Source: Ostreococcus lucimarinus
Lineage: Eukaryota
Direction: 5' to 3' (one strand)
Assembly (NCBI GenBank): GCA_000092065.1
Contig: CP000583.1
DNA length: 64,000 nucleotides
Position numbers and translations under genes: made by a program. Position 1 is the first letter of the stretch, and every line of letters begins with the position of its first letter. The notes under the pieces were generated by a model. The model did not search any database and was not told the origin of the DNA. It saw nothing but the letters and a program-made list of their open reading frames with translations. Positions 29,769 to 39,954 of this stretch are shown one piece after another.

Positions 29769-31757
29769 TCACGAAGAGCGGCGGACGCGGCGCTTGGACG
29801 GGGTCTTCTTCTCGTCTTCGGCCGGCGGCTCGTTTTCGTCGCCCTCGTTTTCGTCGTCGTCGTCCTCCTTGACGTCGTCGTCCTTCTTCTTCTTCGCGTC
29901 CTTGGCTTGTTGCGCCTTCTTCGACTTTTGCTCGTCGGTCGGGCGCATGAACTTGACGGCGATGAAGAGAATGATCAACGCGATGGGGAGAGTGACGAAA
30001 GTGAGGTAGTAGTGGAGGGCGTTGGTGGCAAAGTGCGACATGGCATCTTGCGCGAAGACGCCGACGGGGCCCGGGATTTTGTCGGCGATGGACTCGAAGA
30101 AACGGAGACCGATCGGAGCCGAGGGCTCGCGAGCGGCTTCGGCGTCAGCCTTGGCCTTCGCTTCTTGTTCACGAGCTTCGACGGCAGAGTTCACCGCTTC
30201 AGCCTTGGCCTCAAACGCATCCTTACCGAAAGCCTTGACGGCGGCGATGTCTTCGTCGGCGACAATGTTGTCGAGCACTAAGCCCTTGGACATGGTCCAG
30301 ACTTCGACACCAACGGCACCAATCTTACCGATGTTCGCCAATGGAGTCTTGTCTTCGTAGAACTTCGGGTTCGCGATTTGCTTCGGCTTCCATTCGCCCT
30401 TGTACTTCGGGTTGTCGATCATCGGCGCGTACCACTTGCCCTTGTACTCCGGGTTGGGCTTTTCCGGACGAGTCCACTCGCCGCAACCAGAAACTTCGGC
30501 GCACGCCGGGTTGGGCACCATCGGAGCTTCCCAGTCACCGTCTTCTTCGACGTCCCAGTCTTCGGGGATGACGGCTTCCTCGTCTTCGACTTGGGCCGGT
30601 TCGTCGTCGAGCCAGTCATCCGGCTTGACGGCGTCCATGTCCGGAATCATCGCCGGAGCGTCTTCGTCCCAGTCCGCCGGCTTCTTCGCCTTGGGATCCG
30701 GAATCTTGTCTTCATCGACCCAATCTTCGGGCTTCTTGTCATCGGGATCGTCAATCTCCTTGGGCGGGTTGAACGGCGGCTCAAAGTCCTCGAACAGAGA
30801 GCCCGTGCGTTCCTCCTTGCCGTCGATGGAGACGGTGTACGTGTTATCCTCGTTGACCTCCAAAGAGTAGAGATGCACCTTCTCGTCGACCGGCATGCGC
30901 GGCGGGTTCTTCAAGTGCTTCTCTTCGACTTCGCCGTCGAGCGGGGACTTGTGCTTGAAGATGACGTGCACCTTGTTCGTACCGCCGCACTTATCCGGAC
31001 CAAACATCACCGTGTACGGCGTGTCTCCGTCGAACGAATCCGCGTCGTACTCGTCGGCGTTCAAGTACTTCAAGTACGCACCACCGCATTCCAACCCTTC
31101 TTCTTGGCGCGCTTCGAACTGAAGCGCGAAACCGTTGGACGGATCGAGCGGGGAAGACAACGCCTTGGACACGCCGTAGTGCTGCGCCTCCTTCGGAAGG
31201 TACAACCCGTAGTCATCCGTATCCTTCGCCTTCTTCGCGATCGCCTTACCTACATCGCGCGAAACCATCGATCGTTCGAGTCAGTCACGCATCGCGACGC
31301 GCGTTTCGTCCCATCCACCGCCGTCGTCCCCCCGTCGTCGATTCCCGTCCCGTCGCCGTCGCTCGCGCTCGCGCGATCTCGGATCTCCGTCTCGCCTCGC
31401 GCGTCCCCCTCCCGCCCCTCCGCGCGCGCCTCGACGCCCGCTCGACCCTCTCCCGCGCCTCCGCGCGTCTTCCCGCGCCCGCGCGTCCGTCCTCGCGCGC
31501 GCGTCCCGATCGTTCGCGCGTCATCCCTCGCGCCTCCGCCATCGAATCTCGTCGAAGCCGCCGTCCATCGCGATGGGCGTCTTCTTGCGCGATCGTCGCG
31601 TCGCGCGTCGCGCACCCGTGTACTTGGCCTCGCTCGAGCGCGTCCATCCCGCGAGCGCGCCGTCGTCGAACGTCTCCGCGAGCTTGAGCGCGCTCGCGGG
31701 CGCGCAGAGCGCGCCGAGGGCGACCGCGCACGCGACGCGCGTCGCGCGCGTCGGCAT
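29769..31757 (-). CDS. CNX: Calnexin (ER lectin chaperone). Exons 31757..31616 (signal peptide + start of lectin domain) and 31249..29769
   Basis: Exon 2 has the calnexin lectin domain ([10 protein letters not shown]), the proline-rich P-domain repeats (KPEDWDE.., PDW.D.E, GxW.P..I.NP.Y), a C-terminal TM helix ([14 protein letters not shown]) and a charged tail. The track ORF lacks a signal peptide. Upstream ATG 31757 encodes [47 protein letters not shown], matching the calreticulin/calnexin N-terminus (FLDGDGWTSRW...KY). It ends at G|GTGCGC. Acceptor TGTAG| at 31250, with ACTGAC 33 nt upstream. Confidence 0.85.
31250..31615 (-). other. intron (366 nt) of calnexin: donor ACGG|GTGCGC (phase 1), acceptor GATGTAG|GT
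   Basis: Phase-1 junction recreates a Gly codon (G+GT). Contains GTGACTGAC and GATCGATGGTTTCG near the 3' end. Confidence 0.6.
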
Positions 31758-32337
31758 CGCGTCGTCGAGTGGCGACGCGACGCGGCGATCGCGCGCCAAT
31801 CGGATCGCGCGGCGCGTGCGATCGCGCGCGCGTGGGCATACAGTGAGGCGATCGGACGCGCGGAGACAGAGAGATCTCGGGGAGGGTGTTTCGCCCGGGG
31901 CGCGCGTCTCGCCCGGGGAGGGTTTTTCGCCCGGGGAGGGTTTTTCGCGTCGTCGTCGGACGAGGGTGGTTTCGCGCGTCGCGACGGCGCGACGGCGACG
32001 CACCGCGGCGCGCGGCGCGCGAACGATGCGCGCGACGACGACGACGACGACGACGCGCGGGCGAGGACGCGGACGCGTCCGACCGCGCGGGCGGCGCGAG
32101 GACGCGCGGACGGCGCGAGGACGCGCGACGCGCGGCGACGGACGGGACGACGCGCGCGCGATCGATCGACGCGCGGTGACGGTCGCGAAGGCGGCGCTCG
32201 CGCTGGGGGAGGCGCTCGCGTTCCCGTGGCTCACGGAGGCGGCGACGCGGCCGCGCGCGAACGGGGACGAGGACGTGCGAACGGGGACGCGGGCGTGGTT
32301 CGCGTCGTTGCTGCCCGCGGAGCGCGACGCGAGGGCG

Positions 32338-32730
32338 ATGGAGGAGGCGGTCGCGGCGCTGGCGCGCGGCGAGCGGGCGTTGGGGGAGAAAAATGCGAAA
32401 GCCGCGATCGAGGCGCTGTCGAAGATCGAGACGCTGGTGCCGCGGGAGTACAAGCTGAATCAACGCGCCGGGTTGCTGCTGAGCGAGGCGTACAAGCTCG
32501 CGGGCGATAACGCGAGGTATCTGGAGTATAAAAATCGCGTGTGGTGGTGGGGAAGGGGTTTGCGATGGCCGGGTTGGTACATAATCGCGTATCTGAGCGC
32601 TCGAAGCGCGTATTTCGACGCTAAAGAGGACGACGAGGCGGCGTTTTCGATGTCGGAAGCCGGCGTCGTCGCGCCGCTGTGGGTCGGTTTGCTGTTCCTG
32701 CTCGTGGAATACGGCTTGCCCGATTACTAG
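32338..32730 (+). CDS. Possible small tail-anchored helical-repeat protein (FIS1/TOM20-like?). Very tentative
   Basis: In-frame ATG 32338 within track ORF 31573..32730. This is the only non-low-complexity reading of the ~1-kb gap between the calnexin 5' end and the BRCT gene: ...LSEAYKLAGDNARYLEYKNRV... followed by a C-terminal hydrophobic helix (VVAPLWVGLLFLLVEYGL). The competing 509-aa antisense ORF is Arg/Ala-rich junk. Confidence 0.2.
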   Translation: MEEAVAALARGERALGEKNAKAAIEALSKIETLVPREYKLNQRAGLLLSEAYKLAGDNARYLEYKNRVWWWGRGLRWPGWYIIAYLSARSAYFDAKEDDEAAFSMSEAGVVAPLWVGLLFLLVEYGLPDY

Positions 32731-32951
32731 CGGATAGATTGCGGATAGATAGCGGATAGATAACGCGCGGTTAGTTGACGATTTGTTTGTTTCATCATTA
32801 TTTGCGCGCATCATCGCGCATCATCATTTGCGCGCCGTCGTCCGCGAGCCTCGAGCGACGACTCTGCGCGAGCGCTCCGAGCGGTCGAGCATCTGGAAGA
32901 CGTCACCGTCGCGCGCGCGACGTGCGTCGGCGTCCCGCGCGCGCGCGACGC

Positions 32952-34625
32952 ATGCCGTGGCGCGGACGCGCGCGAGAGGCACGCGTACCTCGCGCGTTCG
33001 ACGCGAACCGAAGCCTCAGACGCGGCGCGAACGGTGTCGACGACGCCGAGGACGATGCGCCTCGACAAACCAGGCACTCGCGCGCGACGACGTCGTGCGT
33101 CGTCTCTTCGCCGCCGCGCGACGACGAAAGACTGAGCGATTTGTTCGCGGGCGCGACGTTCTACTTCGACGGGTACGTCCCCGAGGGCGCGAGCGTCGTG
33201 CGGACGCTCGCGGAGCGACACGGGGGGAGGGTGGCGCTGGTGTGGAGCAAGACGGCGAAGATTACGCACTACGTCGTCGAGGATTACGGATGCATGGACG
33301 AAATGGCGCGAGATAGACATAGAAGAGGCAAGAGTAAAGAAATGCGATGCGTGCGCTCGTCCTGGATCATGCGATCGATCGATGATGGGCGACTGGTTGA
33401 GGATTACGCCGCGCACGCGCCGAGAGGGACGCCGCGCGCGTCTCCGAAGAAATCGAAGCGAGAGGCGGCGCTGACGGAGATGGATTTGGTGGACCTCATC
33501 ATCGACACCGCGTGGAACGGTACCGGTGGTGTGTCGACGCAGAAGGCGCTGCGCGAGACGTGGGTGATTCGCGTGATTTTTGACCGCGTCGTCAAGGTGA
33601 TGCAGGACGGCAGGACGAAGGACGCCGACGTTCGATTGATTTCATTCAAGGCGTATAACGCGTTGAAACAAGTCGTTCACGAAAGGTGGATCGTGCCAGT
33701 GAGTGCATCGGAGGCGTTAGTTCACATCGAAGGCACAAAAAACATAGGTAAGCGAAACAATTTCGTCACTTCGCAATCGTCGCCGACGGATGCGGCGCAG
33801 GCGCTCGAGTGGATTATGGTGGATGAAAAGGGCGTCAACGTAACCGCGACGATGCACGACGTCCGTAGTGACGGTTGGGATCCGTCGTGGTTAACCGAGC
33901 GCGCTTCAGCGGACGCTTCAGTGGGAGTCGTGACGCGGCGCGCGAGTCGAGCCGCGGCGGCGTCGCAGGATGAGCAAGATTTGCCAACTTTGTCTCAATT
34001 GTCAAACATTGATCCGGAAGATTTGGAGGCGCTCGACCCTCAGACTAGATACGAGTGGTCTAAAGCGCGCGCGGATAGAGAGAATCAGCGCTTACAACAT
34101 CGAAATGTGGCGAACTCTTCGGCGTTCCAGCTACTGAAGGCGTGCGGCTCGGGAAAAGCCGGAAAAGCCATCAAGACGAGGCGACCGGCGCCGGTCGCCG
34201 CGTCTTCGCCAGCGAAACGTCAAATCACTACGCGTAAAGGCGCGCAGCGCGCTGGCGTCAAGAAGAGTGCACAAATGCCGATCACGGCGTACGCCAGTCC
34301 TGTGAAGGAAAAAGGAGGACAAGAAGCGGCGCGACGTTCGTGCGTCGGCGAACCCGTCATGGCGAGCACATCCGTGCACACCGCAACTCTCTTGCATGCT
34401 CTAGAAAGAGTTCTCAGCGTCGACGCGCAATGTCCAGTCGACGACCGCGTTGATGTCGTCGCCGAAATCGTACGATTGCACATCGAAGAGCTCGCGCACG
34501 ACGGACGCCGACAAGAAGTCAGAGCCGTGCGCTGCGGACTCGAAAATTTGTACAGCGATCATCCGAGCTGGGTCGCGGCGCGCGCGAACATCTTGACCGC
34601 GACGGCATCATTAGCGAAACAATAG
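32952..34625 (+). CDS. BRCT-domain protein
   Basis: ATG 32952 in-frame in the track ORF. N-terminal BRCT fold signature (LFAGATFYFDGYVPEG...VVRTLAERHGGRVALVWSKTAKITHYVVEDYG...VRSSWIMRSIDDGRLVEDYA, with the conserved W...C/S and terminal aromatic). The rest is unassigned. Confidence 0.55.
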   Translation: MPWRGRAREARVPRAFDANRSLRRGANGVDDAEDDAPRQTRHSRATTSCVVSSPPRDDERLSDLFAGATFYFDGYVPEGASVVRTLAERHGGRVALVWSKTAKITHYVVEDYGCMDEMARDRHRRGKSKEMRCVRSSWIMRSIDDGRLVEDYAAHAPRGTPRASPKKSKREAALTEMDLVDLIIDTAWNGTGGVSTQKALRETWVIRVIFDRVVKVMQDGRTKDADVRLISFKAYNALKQVVHERWIVPVSASEALVHIEGTKNIGKRNNFVTSQSSPTDAAQALEWIMVDEKGVNVTATMHDVRSDGWDPSWLTERASADASVGVVTRRASRAAAASQDEQDLPTLSQLSNIDPEDLEALDPQTRYEWSKARADRENQRLQHRNVANSSAFQLLKACGSGKAGKAIKTRRPAPVAASSPAKRQITTRKGAQRAGVKKSAQMPITAYASPVKEKGGQEAARRSCVGEPVMASTSVHTATLLHALERVLSVDAQCPVDDRVDVVAEIVRLHIEELAHDGRRQEVRAVRCGLENLYSDHPSWVAARANILTATASLAKQ

Positions 34626-34696
34626 AAGTAATCGGTGTAGAAAACAGTAGCGAGCAGTAACGAAAAACAGTAGCGAGCAGTGACGAAGAGGGTCGT

Positions 34697-35299
34697 CTAC
34701 GCCGCCGCTTGGTCGGCGCTCGGATCCCACAAAATTTCCACGAGGACCTCGTTCGTTCTCATGATGCCGGGCGTCCACGGCGGATTATATCCCGCGTACT
34801 GCACGACGGTTTTCTCTCCGTGCGCCAGCTGAACGCCCGCAGCCTTCAACGCTTTCTTTAACGCCTCCGTCTGCGCTTCGATCTCTTCCTTCCGCATCCT
34901 TCCAGAAAATCTTCGCGCCGCCATCGTCCTCGCCGGCACGTCCTTCACCGCCACCTCGGGATCGAGCGCCCTCGGCGCTTGCGCCGCGCCCTCCGGAAAC
35001 TTACTCTTCGGCAGCACGAACTGCATCACGTATCGCGTCGCCGCCGTCGCGTCCGGCGTCATGAACACCGGCGCCGTCATCGCGATCTTCTCGTCCCGCG
35101 CGTTCCTCGGCTTCGACAGCACGCCGATGTACTTTGCGAGTCGCATGAAAGATTTGCCCTGCTCGTCGCGCTCGCGCGGGTCGTACGTCGTCTCGATCAC
35201 GCAGCACGCCTCGTACGTTCGCACCTCGTACCCATCGCACGCGCGCGCGACGTCGTACCGCGGTTGCTCCTCGGAGATCCGTCCGAGCGCGCTCCCCAT
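34697..35299 (-). CDS. SOUL/heme-binding protein (HBP) family protein
   Basis: 200 aa with a true ATG. YEVRTYEACCVIETTYD...FMRLAKYIGV...TAPVFMTPD...YAGYNPPWTPGIMRTNEVLVEI matches SOUL/HBP2 conserved blocks. Confidence 0.75.
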   Translation of the reverse strand: MGSALGRISEEQPRYDVARACDGYEVRTYEACCVIETTYDPRERDEQGKSFMRLAKYIGVLSKPRNARDEKIAMTAPVFMTPDATAATRYVMQFVLPKSKFPEGAAQAPRALDPEVAVKDVPARTMAARRFSGRMRKEEIEAQTEALKKALKAAGVQLAHGEKTVVQYAGYNPPWTPGIMRTNEVLVEILWDPSADQAAA

Positions 35300-35346
35300 G
35301 GTCGACGAGTGACGTCGCGGCGACGACGTCGCGACACGCCGCCGCG

Positions 35347-36045
35347 ATGGCGACGACGGCGCGCGCGCAACGCGCGGTCGGGAAGCGCGCGGTCGCGCGC
35401 GGTCGAGACGCGCGTCGCGCGCGCGCGACGGCGGCGCGCGCGACGACGGCGAGCGCGACGCGCACGCGACGCGCGATGCTCGCGGTGCCGCCCGCGGTGC
35501 TCGCGGCGGCGCTGGCGATCGCGCCGACGCCGCGCGCGCGCGCCGAGGGGAAGCAAGATCGAGGGTGCGAGACGTGCAGCGATTCGAACTCGGCGATGAA
35601 CGACGGCGACAAGGTGTTCGTCGTCTCGGCGAGCGGGCTGAGGTACTTGGACCTGAAGGTGGGCGACGGCGCGGAGGCGGCGCCGGGAAAACGAGCGGTG
35701 ATCGATTGGGTCGGGTACACGGCTGGATATCAGGCGAAGAAGATCGAGTCGACGAGGGAGACGGACGAACCGTTCGTGTTCACGATCGGAGGCGGTGAGG
35801 CGATTCCTGGGTTTGAAGAAGCCGTCGCGGGGATGAAAGTCGGAGGCGTTCGAAGAATTGAAATTCCGGGCGAGTTGGAGGAAAAACTCGGATATTCGCG
35901 CGATAAGGCGCTGAGATATAACGTCGGCCCGAAGCCGACGTCTTTCGGAGGTCAGCGCACGTTGGATTTTGTTTTAGACAATCAAACGTTGCGAGACTTT
36001 AACCGCACGCTGTTGTTTGATATTCGTCTCTCCGCGTTGCGGTGA
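35347..36045 (+). CDS. FKBP-type PPIase with bipartite transit peptide and twin-arginine motif (thylakoid-lumen-type FKBP)
   Basis: ATG 35347 verified. The N-terminus is Arg/Ala/Thr-rich, then RTRRAMLAVPPAVLAAALAIAPTPRARA (RR + hydrophobic core + AxA). The FKBP domain follows (SGLRYLDLKVGDGAEAAPGKRAVIDWVGYTAGY...FVFTIGGGEAIPGFEEAVAGMKVGGVRRIEIPGELEEKLGY). Confidence 0.75.
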   Translation: MATTARAQRAVGKRAVARGRDARRARATAARATTASATRTRRAMLAVPPAVLAAALAIAPTPRARAEGKQDRGCETCSDSNSAMNDGDKVFVVSASGLRYLDLKVGDGAEAAPGKRAVIDWVGYTAGYQAKKIESTRETDEPFVFTIGGGEAIPGFEEAVAGMKVGGVRRIEIPGELEEKLGYSRDKALRYNVGPKPTSFGGQRTLDFVLDNQTLRDFNRTLLFDIRLSALR

Positions 36046-36108
36046 AAAGTTTCTTGAATTTTTTGTGATACTATTACAACCGATTTTGACGACGCGCCCC
36101 GATAGATG

Positions 36109-37113
36109 TCAAAAGAACAGCGCGCGCGCGAGCGACACCGCGGCGTTGGCTAAGAGAACTGATATTCCCGCGACGAGCGCGAGAAACATCGCGACGTATC
36201 TGCGATGCGGCTTCGGCTTCAGCTCGTCGGAATCGGGCACAACGGCGCGCCACATTCGATCATCCAGATAGCTCGTGCCTTCGCTCACAGTTTTCTCCAA
36301 CTCCACCGTTTGCCAATGCATCCCACGCGCGGGATCCCACACGAGTTCAGTTCGCATGCCGCCCGACGGTGTCACCGATCCCGCGACGCTGAGCGTCACG
36401 TTTTCGCACTGCGATCGTCCGAGCGCCTCCACGATGACGTCGGCGACGTCATTTCTTGAAACCTTCCCCGCGTGTACGTGAGCGTCACCGCTCCCGAGCA
36501 GCACACGTCGGTTTCCAGTCTCATCTTTCGCGCACTCCTCGTCGTCGCTCAGATTCCCCGGCCTCACGATGACGTACTTCATCCCGTTCTTCGCCTCTCT
36601 GCAAATCTTACGAATCGCAATCTCCCCCGCGAGCTGCCACTGAATCGTCATGCTCAGCACGACATTCAACAAAACAGCGATCCAATCGAACGCGGGATAT
36701 CCCACCGACATCCCAGTCACCCTGACGAACCGCGCGCACCCCGCATCCGCCGCGCATCGCGCCAGCGTCTCCACCGCGCCGTAGTTGACGTTGCGCGGGT
36801 GCGCCGCCTCTCGCTCCGGCGACCCATCGACCGCGAGAACGTCGCTCAACCTCGCTATGCGCTGCGCGCCGAAGCACGCGATCACGGCGGAGGTGCCCTC
36901 GCACGCGCGCGCGCAATCCTCCGCGCGCGTCGCGTCGCCCTGGATGACTTGAACGCCCGCCATGGAAGCCAACTTCTTCGCGCCCTCAGACGACGCGTCG
37001 CGCGCCATCACGCGCACGCCGCCGCCGCCGCGCTCGATCAAGCGCTCCACCACGCGCGCGCCGACTCGACCGGTGCCGCCGACGACGAGCGTGAGCGGCG
37101 CGACCGGCGTCAT
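36109..37113 (-). CDS. NAD(P)-binding Rossmann-fold protein (NmrA/atypical-SDR-like) with C-terminal membrane anchor
   Basis: ATG 37113 verified. The N-terminus LTLVVGGTGRVGARVVERL is a GxxGxxG dinucleotide-binding motif. The C-terminus RRYVAMFLALVAGISVLLANAAVSLARALFF is a hydrophobic tail-anchor. Confidence 0.55.
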   Translation of the reverse strand: MTPVAPLTLVVGGTGRVGARVVERLIERGGGGVRVMARDASSEGAKKLASMAGVQVIQGDATRAEDCARACEGTSAVIACFGAQRIARLSDVLAVDGSPEREAAHPRNVNYGAVETLARCAADAGCARFVRVTGMSVGYPAFDWIAVLLNVVLSMTIQWQLAGEIAIRKICREAKNGMKYVIVRPGNLSDDEECAKDETGNRRVLLGSGDAHVHAGKVSRNDVADVIVEALGRSQCENVTLSVAGSVTPSGGMRTELVWDPARGMHWQTVELEKTVSEGTSYLDDRMWRAVVPDSDELKPKPHRRYVAMFLALVAGISVLLANAAVSLARALFF

Positions 37114-37208
37114 CGCGAGTCAAAGCGCGAGCGAGTGACGGCGCGTCAGACCGCGACGCGAGCGCGAGCGTGTCCACCGAAACGCGCCGAGGCGAGAGCA
37201 GACGAAAG

Positions 37209-39122
37209 ATGTCGTCCGCGGGCATGCCTTACGGGCTGCAGGCCATGTTAAAGGTGCGGGAGACGCGCGCGCGATCGCGTCAACGTCCGCCGCGATGGCG
37301 ATGCGATGGCGTGATGATTAAGACGCGAGCGTCGCGCGACGCGCGCGCGGGACGGGCGCGCGCGACGTCGAAACGGTCGCGATCGATGTTTTGACGACGT
37401 CGCGACGTCGCGAACGTCGTTCGCGATGCGGCGCGTTGGTGACGATCGAAGATCATCAATCGCGCGTCGCGCGCGCGAAGACCCAGAGTCAACGAGACTG
37501 ACTGACGGACGAACGCACGAACGTAGGATGGACATAAACACCTGAGTGGACTCGATGAGGCGGTGATACGAAACATTGAAGCGTGTAAACAGTTGTCGAA
37601 GATCACGCGGACGTCCCTTGGGCCGAATGGCATGAATAAGATGGTCATCAACCACTTGGAACGTTTATTCGTGACGAGCGACGCGGCGGTGATCGTGCGA
37701 GAGTTGGAGGTGGCGCACCCGGCGGCGAGGTTGATTGTGATGGCGGCGCAATCGCAAGAGAGAGAGATGGGCGACGGAACGAATTTTGTGGTGAGTTTTG
37801 GGGGTGAGCTGTTGGGATTGGCGGAGGAGCTGGTGCGCGAGGGGTTGCACCCGAGCGAAATCATCGAAGGATACGAAAAGGCGGCGGCGAAGGCGTTGGA
37901 GTGGATGCAAGAGCTCGTGATTCCGGGCAGTGAAGTTTTGGACGTGCGTGATGTGAAGGCGACGGCGGGTCGAATCAAGGGCACGCTTAGCTCAAAGCAG
38001 CACGGGTTCGAGGACAAGTTGTCCATGGTCGTGGCCGAGGCGAGCGTCGACGTGTTGCCCAAGAATCCTTTGAATTTCAACGTCGACAACGTTCGCACGA
38101 CGAAGATTCCGGGGAGTTCTTTATCCGATTGCACCGTCGTTCAAGGTATGGTCATTCGACGAGGCGTTGAAGGGACGATTCGATCGCAGAAGAACGCCAA
38201 GGTGGCGGTGTTCGGATGCGCTGTCGACACGTCGACGACGGAAACCAAGGGGACAGTTTTAATTTCATCAGCGAGCGAACTCGAGGCGTACAGCAAGGGC
38301 GAGGAGGCGAAGATGGAAGAGTACATTAAAAACATCGCCGACAGCGGTGCTAAAGTGATCGTTTCCGGTCAGTCGTTCGGGGAAATGGCCATTCACTTCA
38401 TCGAAAGATACGGTTTGATGGCAATCAAAATTCCGTCCAAGTTTGAACTTCGACGCTTTTGCCGCGCGACGAACGCGCGAGGTTTAGTCAAACTCGATCG
38501 CCCGGAGGCAGATGAGCTCGGGTTCGCGTCTAGCATCGAAGTTCGAGAAATCGGTGGCACGCAATGCATCGTGTTGTCCCAAGATGATCACACGTCTCGC
38601 GTCGCCACCGTCATTCTGCGTGGTTCAACGGAGAGCGCTCTCGACGACATGGAACGCGCCGTGGACGACGGCGTCAACGCATTCAAAGCGCTCACGAAAG
38701 ACTCGCGCACGCTTCCTGCGGGAGGTGCAACGGAAATCGAACTCGCACACAGGCTCGCCGCGTACGGCCGCAAACAAACTGGATTAGATCAGTACGCCAT
38801 TCAAAAGTTTGCGCAGGCGCTCGAAATCGTTCCCAGAACGCTCGCCGAAAACGCCGGCGCGAACGCTACGGACAGCGTCTACAACCTCTACGCCGCGCAT
38901 GCAAATGGCGAGGTAAACGCCGGGATCGATATCACTGGCGACAACTCTTACGTCGATCTCGGCGCCACGCAAGGCATTTACGACGTGTTCCTCGTCAAGT
39001 ACTGGGCGCTCAAGTACGCCGTCGACGCCGTGTGCACGGTGCTTCGCGTCGACACCATCATCATGTCCAAGTTCGCGGGCGCCGGCGGCGGCGCCGCCCC
39101 TCCAGGCGGTGAAGAAGACTAA
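37209..39122 (+). CDS. CCT8: T-complex protein 1 subunit theta (CCT8). Exons 37209..37253 and 37527..39122
   Basis: Group II chaperonin motifs (GPNGMNKMVINHLE, GDGTNFVV, the ATP-binding NAGA.A..). The track start 37563 is a GTG. Upstream ATG 37209 encodes MSSAGMPYGLQAMLK followed by GTGCGG. Removing 37254..37526 (273 nt, in-frame, ends CGTAG|, ACTGACTGAC ~25 nt upstream) gives MSSAGMPYGLQAMLKDGHKHLSGLDEAVIRNIEACKQL. This aligns with human CCT8 ...GFAQMLKEGAKHFSGLEEAVYRNIQACKEL. Confidence 0.9.
37254..37526 (+). other. intron (273 nt) of CCT8: donor AAG|GTGCGG, acceptor ACGTAG|GAT
   Basis: Homology-supported. GAGACTGACTGACGG lies 25 nt upstream of the acceptor. Confidence 0.8.
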
Positions 39123-39258
39123 TACGCGACGTCACAAAATCACCGAATCGCCGCGTTCCGCGCGCGCGATCGACGTTCATTAGAGGATTGTTACGCAGGG
39201 CGATTTGCCGACTCACCGACTCCCAACTAACGAACTCGCGTCACTTCCCGTCGACGGC

Positions 39259-39873
39259 ATGCGCGCCGCCGTCTCCCTCGCGCGCGCCGCTCTCGCGCCA
39301 TCGACGTCCGCGCGCGCGCGCGACCGTTCGCGACGCGCCGCCGTCCCGCGCGCGGGCTCCGACGCGTCGTCGTCGTCGTCTTCGTCGTCGAACGACGTTC
39401 GCCTTCGCCTCGACCCCGAACCCGATTCCGCGCTCGGTGCGCACGGCCTCGGCACGCACAAGATCCATCGCGGACGAAGAATACTAGCGTTCGAACCCGC
39501 GCGCAAGTTCGTGTGGTTTTTAGCGCTGAGAGACGAGGAGGAATGGCGGGACTGGTGCGCGAATTCGAGACGCGGGGCGGTGTTCATTCCTCGCGACCCC
39601 GCGGCGGCGTACGCGGACGACGGATGGTGCGGTTGGGACGATTGGCTCGGGCTGACGGTGGATTTCGAAACGGCGCGAGCGTGGGCGAGAGAACAAGGGT
39701 TCGAGAGTCAACAGGATTGGTGGTCGAAGACGGCGGCGCTGCCGCACAGAATTCCCGAACGTCCCGCGCAGTTCTTTCGGAACAAGGGGTGGTCTGGATA
39801 CGGCGATTTTTTGGGGTTGGACGCCGAGGATGATGATAACGAAGGACAGAACGCGAGCGTCGACGAGCGATGA
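39259..39873 (+). CDS. Hypothetical protein (Trp-rich, possible transit peptide)
   Basis: In-frame ATG 39259 (MRAAVSLARAALAPSTSARARDRSRRAAVPRAGSD...); the track start 39205 is a TTG. Trp-rich, non-repetitive C-terminal region (WRDWCANSRRGAVFIPRD...GWCGWDDWLGL...DWWSK...GWSGYGDFLGLD). No family assigned. Confidence 0.35.
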   Translation: MRAAVSLARAALAPSTSARARDRSRRAAVPRAGSDASSSSSSSSNDVRLRLDPEPDSALGAHGLGTHKIHRGRRILAFEPARKFVWFLALRDEEEWRDWCANSRRGAVFIPRDPAAAYADDGWCGWDDWLGLTVDFETARAWAREQGFESQQDWWSKTAALPHRIPERPAQFFRNKGWSGYGDFLGLDAEDDDNEGQNASVDER

Positions 39874-39954
39874 GCGTTTCGAATCGTTGGGCGGTTTATT
39901 CTTTCGTCTGCGCTCGCGCCGCGGCCGTTTTAACTTAATTTACATTTATGGTCA

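Noticed and set aside
31285-32814. Long Arg/Ala-rich ORFs on the opposite strand of real genes or in spacers (e.g. 31285..32814 509 aa, 6303..7416, 18392..19774, 19274..20522, 24890..26011 upstream part, 30378..32510, 2982..3593)
   Set aside because: Composition is dominated by R/A/G/P from GCG/CGC codons. They overlap well-supported genes in antisense or sit in microsatellite spacers. This is the typical stop-codon-poor artefact of ~65% GC DNA. Only the last 56 codons of 24890..26011 (the FKBP signal-peptide exon) are real.
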